Positions 1 through 11,076 of a stretch of DNA of 64,000 nucleotides are shown one piece after another. The stretch's first letter is position 1, and every line of letters starts with the position of its first letter. A program made the translations under genes and the position numbers. The notes under the pieces were generated by a model. That model worked only from the letters and a program-made list of their open reading frames with translations, was not told the origin of the DNA and searched no databases. Source of the DNA: Squalus acanthias (taxonomy: Eukaryota); contig CM059432.1 in NCBI GenBank assembly GCA_030390025.1, positions 99,636,001-99,700,000 of the forward strand. Direction: 5' to 3'.

Positions 1-1675
1 AGAGGAGCTGCGAGAGGAGCAGCGAGAGGAGCGGTGAGAGGAGCGGCGAGAGGAGCGGCGAGAGGAGCGGCGAGAGGAGCGGCGAGAGGAGCGGCGAGAG
101 GAGGGGCGAGAGGAGCTGCGAGAGGAGCAGCGAGAGGAGCGGCGAGAGGAGCGGCGAGAGGAGCAGCGAGAGGAGCGGCGAGAGGAGCGGCGAGAGGAGG
201 GGCGAGAGGAGCAGCGAGAGGAGCGGCGAGAGGAGGGGCGAGAGGAGCAGCGAGAGGAGCAGCGAGAGGAGCGAGAGGAGCGGCGAGAGGAGCGGCGAGA
301 GGAGCGGCGAGAGGAGGGGCGAGAGGAGCAGCGAGAGGAGCAGCGAGAGGAGCGGCGAGAGGAGCGGCGAGAGGAGCAGCGAGAGGAGCAGCGAGAGGAG
401 CGGCGAGAGGAGGGGCGAGAGGAGCAGCGAGAGGAGCAGCGAGAGGAGCGAGAGGAGCGAGAGGAGGAGCGAGAGGAGCAGCGAGAGGAGCGAGAGGAGC
501 GAGAGGAGGAGCGAGAGGAGCAGCGAGAGGAGCAGCGAGAGGAGCAGCGAGAGGAGCAGCGAGAGGAGCGAGAGGAGCGGCGAGAGGAGCGGCGAGAGGA
601 GGGGCGAGAGGAGCAGCGAGAGGAGCAGCGAGAGGAGCAGCGAGAGGAGCGAGAGGAGCGGCGAGAGGAGGGGCGAGAGGAGCGGCGAGAGGAGCGGCGA
701 GAGGAGCAGCGAGAGGAGCAGCGAGAGGAGCAGCGAGAGGAGCGAGAGGAGCGGCGAGAGGAGCGGCGAGAGGAGCGGCGAGAGGAGGGGCGAGAGGAGC
801 AGCGAGAGGAGCAGCGAGAGGAGCGAGAGGAGCGGCGAGAGGAGTGGCGAGAGGAGTGGCAAGAGGAGCGGCGAGAGGAGTGGCGAGAGGAGTGGCGAGA
901 GGAGTGGCGAGAGGAGCGAGAGGAGCGGCGAGAGGAGCGGCGAGAGGAGTGGCGAGAGGAGCGGCGAGAGGAGTGGCGAGAGGAGCGAGAGGAGCGGCGA
1001 GAGGAGTGGCGAGAGGAGTGGCGAGAGGAGCGGCGAGAGGAGCGGCGAGAGGAGGGGCGAGAGGAGCGGCGAGAGGAGGGGCGAGAGGAGCAGCGAGAGG
1101 AGCGGCGAGAGGAGGGGCGAGAGGAGCGGCGAGAGGAGCGGCGAGAGGAGGGGCGAGAGGAGGGGCGAGAGGAGCGGCGAGAGGAGCGGCGAGAGGAGCG
1201 GCGAGAGGAGCGAGAGAGGAGCGGCGAGAGGAGCAGCGAGAGGAGCAGCGAGAGGAGCAGCGAGAGGAGCAGCGAGAGGAGCGAGAGGAGCGGCGAGAGG
1301 AGCGGCGAGAGGAGTGGCGAGAGGAGCGGCGAGAGGAGGGGCGAGAGGAGCGGCGAGAGGAGCGGCGAGAGGAGCGGCGAGAGGAGCGGCGAGAGGAGCG
1401 GCGAGAGGAGCAGCGAGAGGAGAGCGAGAGGAGGAGCAAGAGGAGCAGCGAGAGGAGCGGCGAGAGGAGTGGCGAGAGGAGCGGTGAGAGGAGCGGCGAG
1501 AGGAGTGGCGAGAGGAGCGGCGAGAGGAGTGGCGAGAGGAGCGGCGAGAGGAGCGGCGAGAGGAGCGGTGAGAGGAGTGGCGAGAGGAGAGTTGAGAGGA
1601 GCGGCGCGAGGAGCGGCGAGAGGAGCGGCGAGAGGAGTGGCGAGAGGAGTGGTGAGAGGAGTGGCGAGAGGAGCA
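1..1675 (+). repeat. Purine-rich minisatellite, 12-bp unit GCGAGAGGAG(CG/CA/TG/GG), runs off the window's left edge
   Basis: Unit visible directly, with occasional 9-bp variants. The 583-aa GAAR 'ORF' results from the 12-bp period. Confidence 0.97.
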
Positions 1676-4020
1676 TCGCTATAAAGAGCGCGAGTGGAAG
1701 AGGAGGCAGTGGACCTGAGCGGGAGCAGAGCGAGAGAGGCAACAACTCAACAGAGGCAGAATCCAAAAGAGTGACGTCAGAGTAGAAAAAGTGACGTTGG
1801 CACAAGGGAAGAAGCTGATTGGTGAGTAGCTGGTGAGTGTTTTTTTTAATTTGAAGTTTATTTCTGTTAAGTTAGTTCTTAGTCTATTAAATAGAGACAT
1901 GGCAGGGCAGCTCAGTCCCATGGAGTGCACATCCTGTGCCATGTGGGAAGTCCTGGTCGCTTCGTGTAGCCAGGACAACCACATGTGCAGGAAGTGTCAC
2001 CAGCTACGGCAGCTCGAGATCCATGTTTCGGAGCTTGAGCGGCAGCTGGCGTCACTGCGGTGCATCCACAAGGCTGAGAGTTACGTGGATAGCACATTTC
2101 TGGAGGTGGTCACCCCGCAGCTTAAGAGTATGCAGGCAGAGAGGGAGTGACCGCCAGACAGAAGAGGAGGACCAAATACAATAAGTTGAGAGGGGAAGTA
2201 AAGATGAAAATAAGATTGGCAAAGAGAGAATATGAGAGTAGAATGGCAGTTAACATAAAAGGGAACCCAAAAATCTTCTACCGGCATGTAAACAGTAGTA
2301 AGAGGCGGGGTGGGGCCTATTAGCGACAAAGAAGGTGATATATGCTTAGACGCACAGGGCAAGGCTAGAATACTCAATGAGTACTTTGTATCCGTGTTTA
2401 CTAAGGAGGTGGAGGATGACAAAATATTGGTAGCAGTGGAAAAGGTAGAAGCAATGGAAGGGGTGAAAATTGATCGAAAAATTGTACTAGAAAGGCTGGG
2501 TATGCTTAGAGTGGTTAAGTCGCCTGGTCCAGATGGCTTTCATTCCAGGTTGCTAATGGAATTGGGGGATGAGATAATGGAAGAGCTTGCCATAATTTTC
2601 CAATCTTCCCTAGATGCGGGGGAAGTGCCTGAGGATTGGAAAGTGGCAAATGTGACACCATTGTTCAAGAAAGGGTGTTAGGACAATCCTAGTAACTACA
2701 GGCCAGTTAGTTTAACATCAGTGGTAGGTAAAATTTTAGAAACAATAATCGAGGAAAAAATTAATGGGCACATGGAGAGATTTAAGCTAATTAAGGAGAG
2801 CCAACACGGATTTGTAAAAGGCAGATCATGTTTGACGAATCTAATTGATTTTTTTGATGAAGTAACAGGCAGGATCGATGAAGGGAATGCATTGGATGTT
2901 GTCTACATGGATTTTAGGAAGGCGTTTGACAAAGTACCACATAGAAGGCTGGTTAACAAAATTGAGGCTCATGGAATAGTTGGGTCAGTGGCAGCTTGGA
3001 TAAGGAATTGGCTTAAGGACAAAAAACAGCGAGTTGTGGTAAATGGCTGTTTTTCAGACTAGAGGAATGGTAGACAGTGGTGTTCCAGAAGGGTCAGTGC
3101 TGGGGCCACTGCTTTTTTTTTATATATATAAATGACCTGGATATTGGAATACAAAGTAGAATTTCTAAATTTGCCGATGACACCAAACTTGGGGGTGTGG
3201 CAAACAGTGAGGATGATACCAATCGACTGCAATAGGACATAGAAAGGCTAGCAGAATGGGCAGACAAGTGGCAGATGGAATTTAATACAGAGAAGTGTGA
3301 GGTGATGCATTTTGGCAGAAGGAACAGGGAGAGGCAATATATACTTAATGGCACAGTTTTAAAGAGTGTGCAGGGACAGAGGGACCTGGGAGTTAATGTG
3401 CATAGGTCCCTGAAGCTGGCGGGACATATTGAGAGAGTGGTTAGGAAAGCATATGGGATCTTGGGCTTCATAAATAGAGGTATTGAGTGTAAAAGTAGAG
3501 AAGTTATGCTGAATCTTTATAAAGCGCTGGTTAGGCCACAACTTGAGTATTGCGTCCAGTTCTGATCACCACTCTTTAGGAAGGACGTGAAGGCCCTTGA
3601 GAGGGTATAGAGATTTGCCAGAATGGTTCCGGGGATGGGGGAATCTTAGCTATAAGGACAGGTTGGAGAAGCTGGATTTGTTTTCATTAGAGCAAAGGAG
3701 TTTGAGGGGTGATTTGATAGAGGTGTACAAGATTATGACAGGTTTGGATAGATTAGACGGGGAAAGTCTGTTCCCACTAGTTGATGGTACAAGGACTAGG
3801 GGACACAGATTTAAGGCTTTGGGCAAGAGATATAGGGGGGATGTGAGGAAAAAAATGTTTACGCAGCGAGTGGTGAGGACCTGGAACTCGCTGCCAATGG
3901 AAGTGGTGGAAGCGGACACACTCAATGTTTGCAAGGGGAGACTGGATAGGCACTTAAGGGAAATAAACTTGCAGGGCTACGGGGATACAGTGGGGTAATG
4001 GGAGTGACTCGATTGCTCTG
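1676..4020 (+). mobile_element. CR1 LINE, internally deleted and degraded (5'UTR, ORF1 N-terminus, then ORF2 RT)
   Basis: ORF1 zinc-finger/leucine-zipper start MAGQLSPMECTSCAMWEV at 1899, homologous to 42578. It jumps at ~2170 into ORF2 (KSPGPDG, ANVTPLFKKG, DFRKAFDKVPH, KFADDTKLGG, FTQRVV) with stops. Confidence 0.93.
2172..3998 (+). pseudogene. CR1 ORF2 reverse transcriptase, disrupted
   Basis: ORF pieces 2310-2681, 2721-3062, 3275-3565 and 3597-3998 carry canonical CR1 RT motifs. Confidence 0.92.
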
Positions 4021-4029
4021 CTCGCACGC

Positions 4030-5470
4030 AGCACTCAAGCTTTGTGCAGGTGGTCAACACTGGAAGAAATGTCCTCTACCCACAGCGAGCCAGGAGGCCC
4101 TCCAGAAAGAAGGATGTGGGACCAGATCACCGATGCCATCACTGTCAGCAGTGTCATCCCCACGACCTGGTTCTAGTGCCCATAGAAGTTTCATGACCTA
4201 TGTCGAGTGGTCAAGGTCAGTGAATGCATCTTGAAAAGCCATCTCCTACCAACTGCACCACTAGCCTCACACACTGCTCAATGCATGACCGTCCGTCCCC
4301 CCCACCCCCCCCCCCCGACCCCATCACTCACCTACCAACAATCTCTATCAAACACAAGGTACACCTCACATTCCTAGCTTCACCGCACCGCCTTGGAGGA
4401 GACACTACTGGCCAACTTTCCCACTAAGCTGCACGGCCGCAGCCCAGAAACAGCTTTTCCAATGGTAAATTTTGAGCATGCGCAAAACTGTGAATGGGCC
4501 ATGTAGCTCCTTAAAGGAGCACCCAATGAAAAAATTAGGGGGAACATTGGTGTTGGCAATTCTGGGCATGGCTGAGCCCTTGGACAGCGGCGGGGCTGAA
4601 AGAATACACGATTCTGGTATCCTCATACGTTATCCTCCTTCTCACATCCCACTTCCCATTCATCCCACAATCTTTTCTGATGTACAAGCTGCACATGGTG
4701 CAAGCATACACCTCTTGCTTTCCTGCCCTCCCCTCACCACAACCCCACCCTTGTCCCTTCCTCCTTTCAGACACCAAGAAATCCAGCCTGCCCCGCAAGT
4801 GGTTGACCAAAAAGAGGGAGAAGAGAGTGAAGAAGAAGAAACAGCTTCACTCAATTTCACATTCCCATTCATCAGCTCCTCAAGGCCGACCAGCAAGGCA
4901 ATCTGCAGTGTTCCCCACTGAAAGTCAGCAGCCTTCCACCAGCCATGCTGCAGCCACTGGGGTAGCACAGTGTTACATAACTCGGATAGGCAAAGGCACC
5001 GCAAGACAGTCACTAAGGAAATGAACAAGTGTGATTAGTTGATTTTTTGATGTAATACTGGATGCATATGTTTACACAGTTGGATTGGAAAGTTTGCTTT
5101 GTGGTGGCTTTTATTTCAGCATTGTGGTCAAGAGGATGCTCTGTGATGGTCAGTAAAAGAGGGAAGGTAAGGTGTGGAACAAATGTTGAAAGGGAAATTG
5201 GGGTTGTGGTCCCTGGTACCACAGGCGGATGTTTCGATCCCGGATATCCCAGCCAGAAAGGGGCTATCTGGGCTGCATTCTTCCTTCCACCTCCTCCACT
5301 TATGCTTCTTCTTCTTCTCTTCTGCATCTTCCTCTTCTGCTTCCTCCTCTTCTGCTTCTTCCTCCTCCCTCTGTGAGCAGCTTGTCCCCTTTTCTGCCTC
5401 TGCTTCATCTCCATGTGATGTTGCAGCCCAAGGGGGACTGCAGCTAGAGCCCCCAAGACTGTGGACAAGT
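4030..5470 (+). mobile_element. Degraded Harbinger-type element remnant (Myb/SANT exon fragment)
   Basis: ~4115-4225 reads WDQITDAITVSSV...W.*CHR.F..VVK|GTCAGT, resembling exon 1 of the Myb/SANT gene at 13126. An acidic EGEESEEEETAS segment lies downstream. Confidence 0.5.
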
Positions 5471-5474
5471 CGGG

Positions 5475-5590
5475 TTTTTTATACTATTCATTCATGGGAT
5501 GTGGGCGTCGCTGGCAAGGCCAGCATTTATTGCCCATCCCTAGTTGCCCTTGAGAAGGTGGTGGTGAGCCGCCTTCTTGAACCGCTGCAG
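5475..5590 (-). mobile_element. 3' end of a CR1-superfamily LINE (same family as 34590-35381 and 36786-37477)
   Basis: ttattcattcatgggatgtgggcgtcgctggcaaggccagcatttattgccc matches the other two copies. Confidence 0.85.
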
Positions 5591-6038
5591 TTAGGATCCC
5601 TCCAAATTAAGTGGACATGCATATTAATGAAGTGGGACCAACCAGGATTGGGGGTCCTAGGCTCGGATTGGATGCTAGAGCACAATGTGATAGTAGACAT
5701 GCACAACGACTGCCTGTGGGGAGGAATGGAGAGTAGCGACAAAGTGGTAGTAATACCTCCAAGACATGGAGAGGCTTGGGTAGTGACTCCGACAGGCCTC
5801 TACGATTTACAAACTTTAATAGCAAAAGTGCCAGAAAGGTACACAGCTGTAGTTAAAGCTACCAAAGAGGTTTTTGCCATGCATAAGCACGATTGTGGGA
5901 GGGTGACAGGGGTAGAAGTCAGGGTAGGAGGAAAGCCCATGCTCCGCCCACAAAAACAATATACCTTCCCCAAAGAAGCAGAGAGGGACTTGGAAAAGGC
6001 TGTAACATCCCTTGTGGAACAAGGAGTCGTGAGACCGT

Positions 6039-6855
6039 TGTAAGATTCTGAAAAGTGTAATAAAACCGCTGCTACCGTGTGGAGATCGAAATTGCGAACG
6101 AATTGTAAGATGATAACGGACGGATTTAAAATGTAAGAAATCAGCAGGTGTTCTTTGTTTGTGAAAACACAAAATGGTGGTCAGTATGTGTTCTTTGTTT
6201 GAGAGGCCACCTGGACAATGATTGACAAGGAAGTCCCGCCCCCCCTACATCTCACAGGAACAGGAACGTGTCATGCGGAAGGAACTCCAATCAGGGAAGT
6301 CTTGGAGTGGGACTGACCTGTCAGAGGGAGGCAGAGTGTGATTTACGATAACCCAGGAGCGGGAGTTTTCAAGTTTTCCGAAGAAAGAACATCAGAGAAC
6401 ACAGAAGAAGAACACCGAAGACAGCGCAGGAGGGAGATGACCCAGAGATGAAGGAGTATGTATGGGAATCAGATATAAGCTTAGATATTGTTAAAGGGGC
6501 ACTTTTATATACTTTGAATTAATAAGTTGCAGGCATATTTATTGCCAAGAGTTCTTTGAATTTATTGCCAAAGTTTCTTCTATGCACACTCGAATTTTAA
6601 ACTATAGTGTGAATAAAGACCAATTTTATTGATCACATCCTTGTCGGTGTTTATATACTGTGAAATATTGTAGATTCCCTCATTGTAACTCTACCTGACG
6701 AAGGGGCAACAGCTCCAAAAGCTTGTAATTTTAAATAAATCTGTTGGACTATAACCAGGTGTTGTGCGACTTCTCATTTTTTACATCCTTGTCTGTCATT
6801 GTTAAGCTAATTCGTAATTACCGAGGTCCGAACAGTAGTAAGAGAAAGTGCTACA
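6039..6855 (+). mobile_element. Solo LTR inserted in the pol RT
   Basis: TGTAAG...CTACA termini; 4-bp TSD CCGT/CCCT; AATAAA at ~6612. Removal restores the frame VRP|LATHVNSP. Confidence 0.85.
6646..6782 (+). mobile_element. Penelope-like terminal-repeat fragment with a decayed hammerhead core, nested in the solo LTR
   Basis: Flanked by an 11-bp direct repeat ACATCCTTGTC (6635-6645, 6783-6793). Similar to 19810-19930 (CTGACGAAGG..GCTCC..AAAGCTTG..AATAAA..GTTGGACTATAACC). Confidence 0.8.
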
Positions 6856-9800
6856 CCCTTGGCTACACACGTGAACTCTCCTGTATGGCCAGTAAAGAAG
6901 CTGGATGGATCCTGGCAAATCGGTTATAGGGTGTTGATCCCTGTTTGTGCCCCTACAGTAGCAGCCGTAGTAGATCTGATTGGTAACATTCCTAGGCACG
7001 CCACGGTATTTACGGTCCTAGACATATCAAATGGGTTTTGGTCCATCCTGTTGCACCCCGAGGATCAGTACAAATTTGCCTTCACCTTTAAAGGACAACA
7101 ATATACATGGACTTGTCTTCCACAAGGATTCCATAACAGCCCCTCTATTTTTCATCAGTGCATGGAAGCATACATAAAGGAGTTCAGTCACCCAGATCGA
7201 CTGATACAGTATGTAGATGGTTTAATATTGTTTTCCGAAAGTGAAGGAGAACATGAGAAACTGTTGGAGGAGTTGTTGGGATTGCTTAAAACAGCTGGAT
7301 TTAAGGTTAATCCCAAGAAGGCACAGATAGGGGAAGAGGAGGTTCAGTTTCTGGGACTCACTATTCGACCAGGGGAACGTATGATAGATGAGGCTAAGCG
7401 TAAGGCGGTGCAGGAGTTACCCCGACCAGGCTCGGTAACTGCTCTCCGATCGTTTTTGGGTCTGACAGGTTACTGTTGGGAATTCATTGAGAACTACGCA
7501 GCTACAGTAGGCCCCTTACTGAGATTATTGAAGAAGGGTGTAGAATGGGAGAGGGACAGGGAATGTGAGGAAGCCTTTGTCCAGTTAAAACGAGACCTAC
7601 AGATAGCTCCGGCTTTGGGAGCTGTCGATCTTGGGAAAAGCTTTTATTTGGAAGTGGCAGCTACAGATGCCAGTCTGAGTGCCATCCTTATGCAGGAAGT
7701 GCACCATCACATGAGACTGGTGGCCTATGCCTCCAGAGTCCTGGTGGAAGTGGAAAGAGGCTATTCCACTTGCGAGCGACATCTGCTAGCTACCTTTTGG
7801 GTGGTAAAACATTTTGCGGTGTTCACAAGAACCCAACCCGTCACTCTAGTAACCCATCACACCCCAACTCGTTTACTCTTAGACAGGAAAATTAAAGAGA
7901 GAACAGTGTCTAGTGTGTGAATAGCTAGATGGACATTACTGTTAGAAGGCATGAATCTTATGGTCGAATCCATTGGAGACCCTAAGTTAGCCTTCAACCT
8001 TAATTACAAGGGAGTTTTAAATCAGGGATACACCCTGAAGGGCGAGACATCTATGTGGATGGCTCGAGTTTCAGTTAAAAGATGTCGTGCTAAGGGCAAT
8101 TACAGTATAAAGGAAAAGGAAGAGGGAAGAGACATAGAGGGACCCTACGGAGCTAGGGATGTAGAAATCAGAAAAGGGATGCTATTTAAGGTGACAAGTG
8201 GGTAGTCCCAGAGGGATACTGGGAGGAATTCATTCAACTAACACATGGAGGTCCAGGGGCGGGACACCCAGGACCCGAAACCACCTGGAAGAGAGTGGAA
8301 GAAGTGACCACACCTTAGGAGAGATGTGGAGGATTTTTGTAAAAACTGCTTGATATGTGCTGCCAATAATCCTGACCCACACAGGAAAAAGGCACCTTTG
8401 GGACATACGCGAAGGGCTGAAGGGCCATGGCAATGTGTCCAGATTGATTTTATTGGACCCTTACCCACTACTAAGAAGGGCAATAAATATTGTCTGGTGT
8501 TAGTGGACAATTTCACTAAATGGGTGGAAGCATTCCCTTGTAAAACAGCCATGGCATTGTGGACTGCAAAAACACTAGTAAAAGAGATGTTCTCTAGATG
8601 GGGACTCCCTCGTGTAGTGGAGTCAGACCAAGGGAGCCATTTCACAGGTCAGGTGATGCAGGCTACTCTTAAACTGTTGGAGATTGAAGGAAAATGGCAT
8701 GTAGCCCACAACCCACAGCCGTCGGGAATGTGGAAAGAATGAACCGTACCCTAAAACTGGCTTTACGTAAAGAACTGAATGAAAGCCCCACCAAGTGGGA
8801 CGAGGTACTGCCTCTAGACAGAGTCAAAGGGAACGTGATATTCTCCGCATGAATTGGTTACAGGGAGACCCATGAGAACCCCAACACACTTGCTGATTCC
8901 TACATTAACAAAGAAACAGATCAAAGAGGTAACCAGGGATAAGTTCCTAAATGACTTGTGGGAAACTCTGAGAGAGTTACACCTGGGAGCTGCCCACAAT
9001 ATCGGAAGGGCTCACCAAGGCAACCGATTACTTCTAGTCCCGAGTAAGCCAGAGGAATGGGAGGTTGGTAGCCAGGTGATGGTTCAAAACTACGCAAGGG
9101 TGGGTGTGTTCGAACCCTTGTACAAGGGACCATACAGTATCGTTGATAAGGCTAGCCCCATGGTGTATGCAGTCCAGCTACCTAAGAGAGTTAAGTGGTT
9201 TCATATTAACCAGATGAAGCTTTTTCAGCCCACAAGCAGGTCAAGGAGACAACAGACCACGATTATGAGCATGATTGGGATGCAGCCGGTTTGCTGGGAT
9301 GATACGGAGGAAATGCCCAACGGCACATCTCACCAGGTACAGTGTGATCCAAGTGAAGCAGGAGCTGTAGAAGCTCCTCGACCCTAGGTCCGGAGTCACC
9401 TTCTATTCACAAACGAGACCTACAAATTCTTACTACCTCACGGCGTAGTAAAAGAAAGAGAATAACACCCCTAAGATTTAGACTTTATTAGTACCAAAAA
9501 CCAAAATGGCTAATGGTAGAGGGAAACTTAAAGTTTTATTGACACAGAAGCTATAGTTTCTGTCCAAAACAAGTAAAACACAGGATTTGCTGAGTGAAAG
9601 GAATCTTAACAGGAATGCTGGAATCTCAGTTTGTGTGAAAGTGTGTGTTAGAAGTGTGGAGGTTTTCTGTCTTTGAAAAAAAGAGTCTGTTGTGTTTGTT
9701 TTAGCTCCACCCACTTTTCTGTACAGCGAGCTAAAAGCTGTTTAACCCTTTGAAGACTTGTCCTGAATGATGGACAAGCATGTGCTGTTTTAAGTTTGTT

Positions 9801-10329
9801 AATTGATTTCAATTTAAATTTGTTAATTGTTTTACAAAAGATAAGCTTCAGCCTTGCAGTTACAGTTGCCAATGTGCCTGGAGGAACAAGGCATGGGTGA
9901 TTGTTTCTTTGTTAATGTGGCTGTGACTTCTTCCTTTCTTTTTCAAGTGATATTGGTTAAAGAAATTGATCTGGATTAAATTGGAGTTATGAGGTTAATT
10001 AACCTATTAAAACCAAACTTTTATTGTGGCCACAGTGAAATTCTGGTTGGTGTAAATTGTGTGCTAGCTTCTAGTTCTGGAAATGAGGAAATCACATCGA
10101 CAATTAGTATTTTTAAGATTTCTGACTAATTTCAACTGTGTGTGACCAGGGGGTAAGAAAGGGAATGCTATTACTGTGTATGGAGTTATTTTGTAGAATG
10201 TTTGTAGTGGTGTTACTAGTGATGTCTGATGTTTTAACTTGCTTTGTGTGTATTGTAAAGATATTGGACATTATTAAATGTAAGTTTATGTTTTCGATGA
10301 AGCCGCGCGAAATGAGGTGTGTATAATGT

Positions 10330-11057
10330 ATGGATCTTGGTTGGTGGAGCAAGCCAGGGAAAACCTATAGTGAATTGCTGAGGCGAGGCTTCCTGCGTGG
10401 GTGACTGATCAACTTTTAAAGGCTATGTCCACCGACCAACTGAATTTGACTATGTGTTGGGTCAGAAAATCGGTGCAAGTATACCCGGTGAAACAGTACT
10501 GCAACTGGCTGAAGCACCATACACCGGGAATACCAGTACGGTAAACTGATCTGTCCTATTGCGACGGGAACATTTTATTTTACTCCAGTCCGACCTGTAC
10601 GGATTGGAGTGTGGGTGTTATTAAATGTATATTTGCATGGCCAACTGACTATTAATAGAAAAGATGAGTTAAAAGAGCGGTTGCACCAATATGTTGCTGG
10701 ATTTGGATACAACATACCACCCCTGCCTGACTACCTGATAGGGCTCATGAAGAGTATTAATCAGTCTCAAAAACATTATTACATTTTGAGCCAGAAGAAT
10801 CATGAGATAAGGATGGAAATACTTAAAGTCGGGGACAATTCGTCTTGAAGGAATATCGGCATGAATATCAAGGTTCATCCTTGGATAAGGATTATTTCCC
10901 ACGCTCTAGTCATCATTCAGTTGATAATTGTGTTCTACCTGTTAACGCTAACGTGTCGTGTCAAGAGACGGCGCAAGCAACAAGAAATAGTCAGGTTACT
11001 GCAGAAAACGCAGGATGTTTTCGTGTAAGTAACTGTAACTCAAAAAAATTTTGGTGA
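10330..11057 (+). pseudogene. env: env remnant of provirus 1 (internal pieces, C-terminal heptad region, TM)
   Basis: YGSWLVEQARENL ~ YGAWLLGEGRSNL; GFGYNIPPLPDYL..SQKHYY ~ FFGYKIPPLPEHL..SQKHFY; PWIRIISHALVIIQL ~ SWIRMASHILVVCQL of the env at 60-62 kb. Confidence 0.8.
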
Positions 11058-11076
11058 CAGTTACTTGAGGGGCTAC

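Larger units (their letters stand above)
5591..9387 (+). pseudogene. pol: Retroviral pol (PR-RT-tether-RH-IN), interrupted by a solo LTR and frameshifts
   Basis: PR end GVLGSDWM; RT NSPVWPVKK, LDISNGFWSI, LPQGFHNSP, YVDG (decayed YVDD); tether LVAYASR..ERHLLA; DIYVDGSS at 8046; IN QIDFIGP, ESDQGSHF; GPY motif. Confidence 0.92.

Noticed and set aside
1..1675. CRISPR-like array
   Set aside because: There are no unique spacers or cas genes, and the context is eukaryotic.
34..1785. 583-aa Gly/Ala/Arg-repeat ORF
   Set aside because: It is a by-product of a T-poor 12-bp minisatellite with a GTG start and no domain.
5013..5468. Basic Lys/Arg-rich ORF
   Set aside because: It is driven by a CTT/CCT microsatellite; at most it is a Harbinger remnant.
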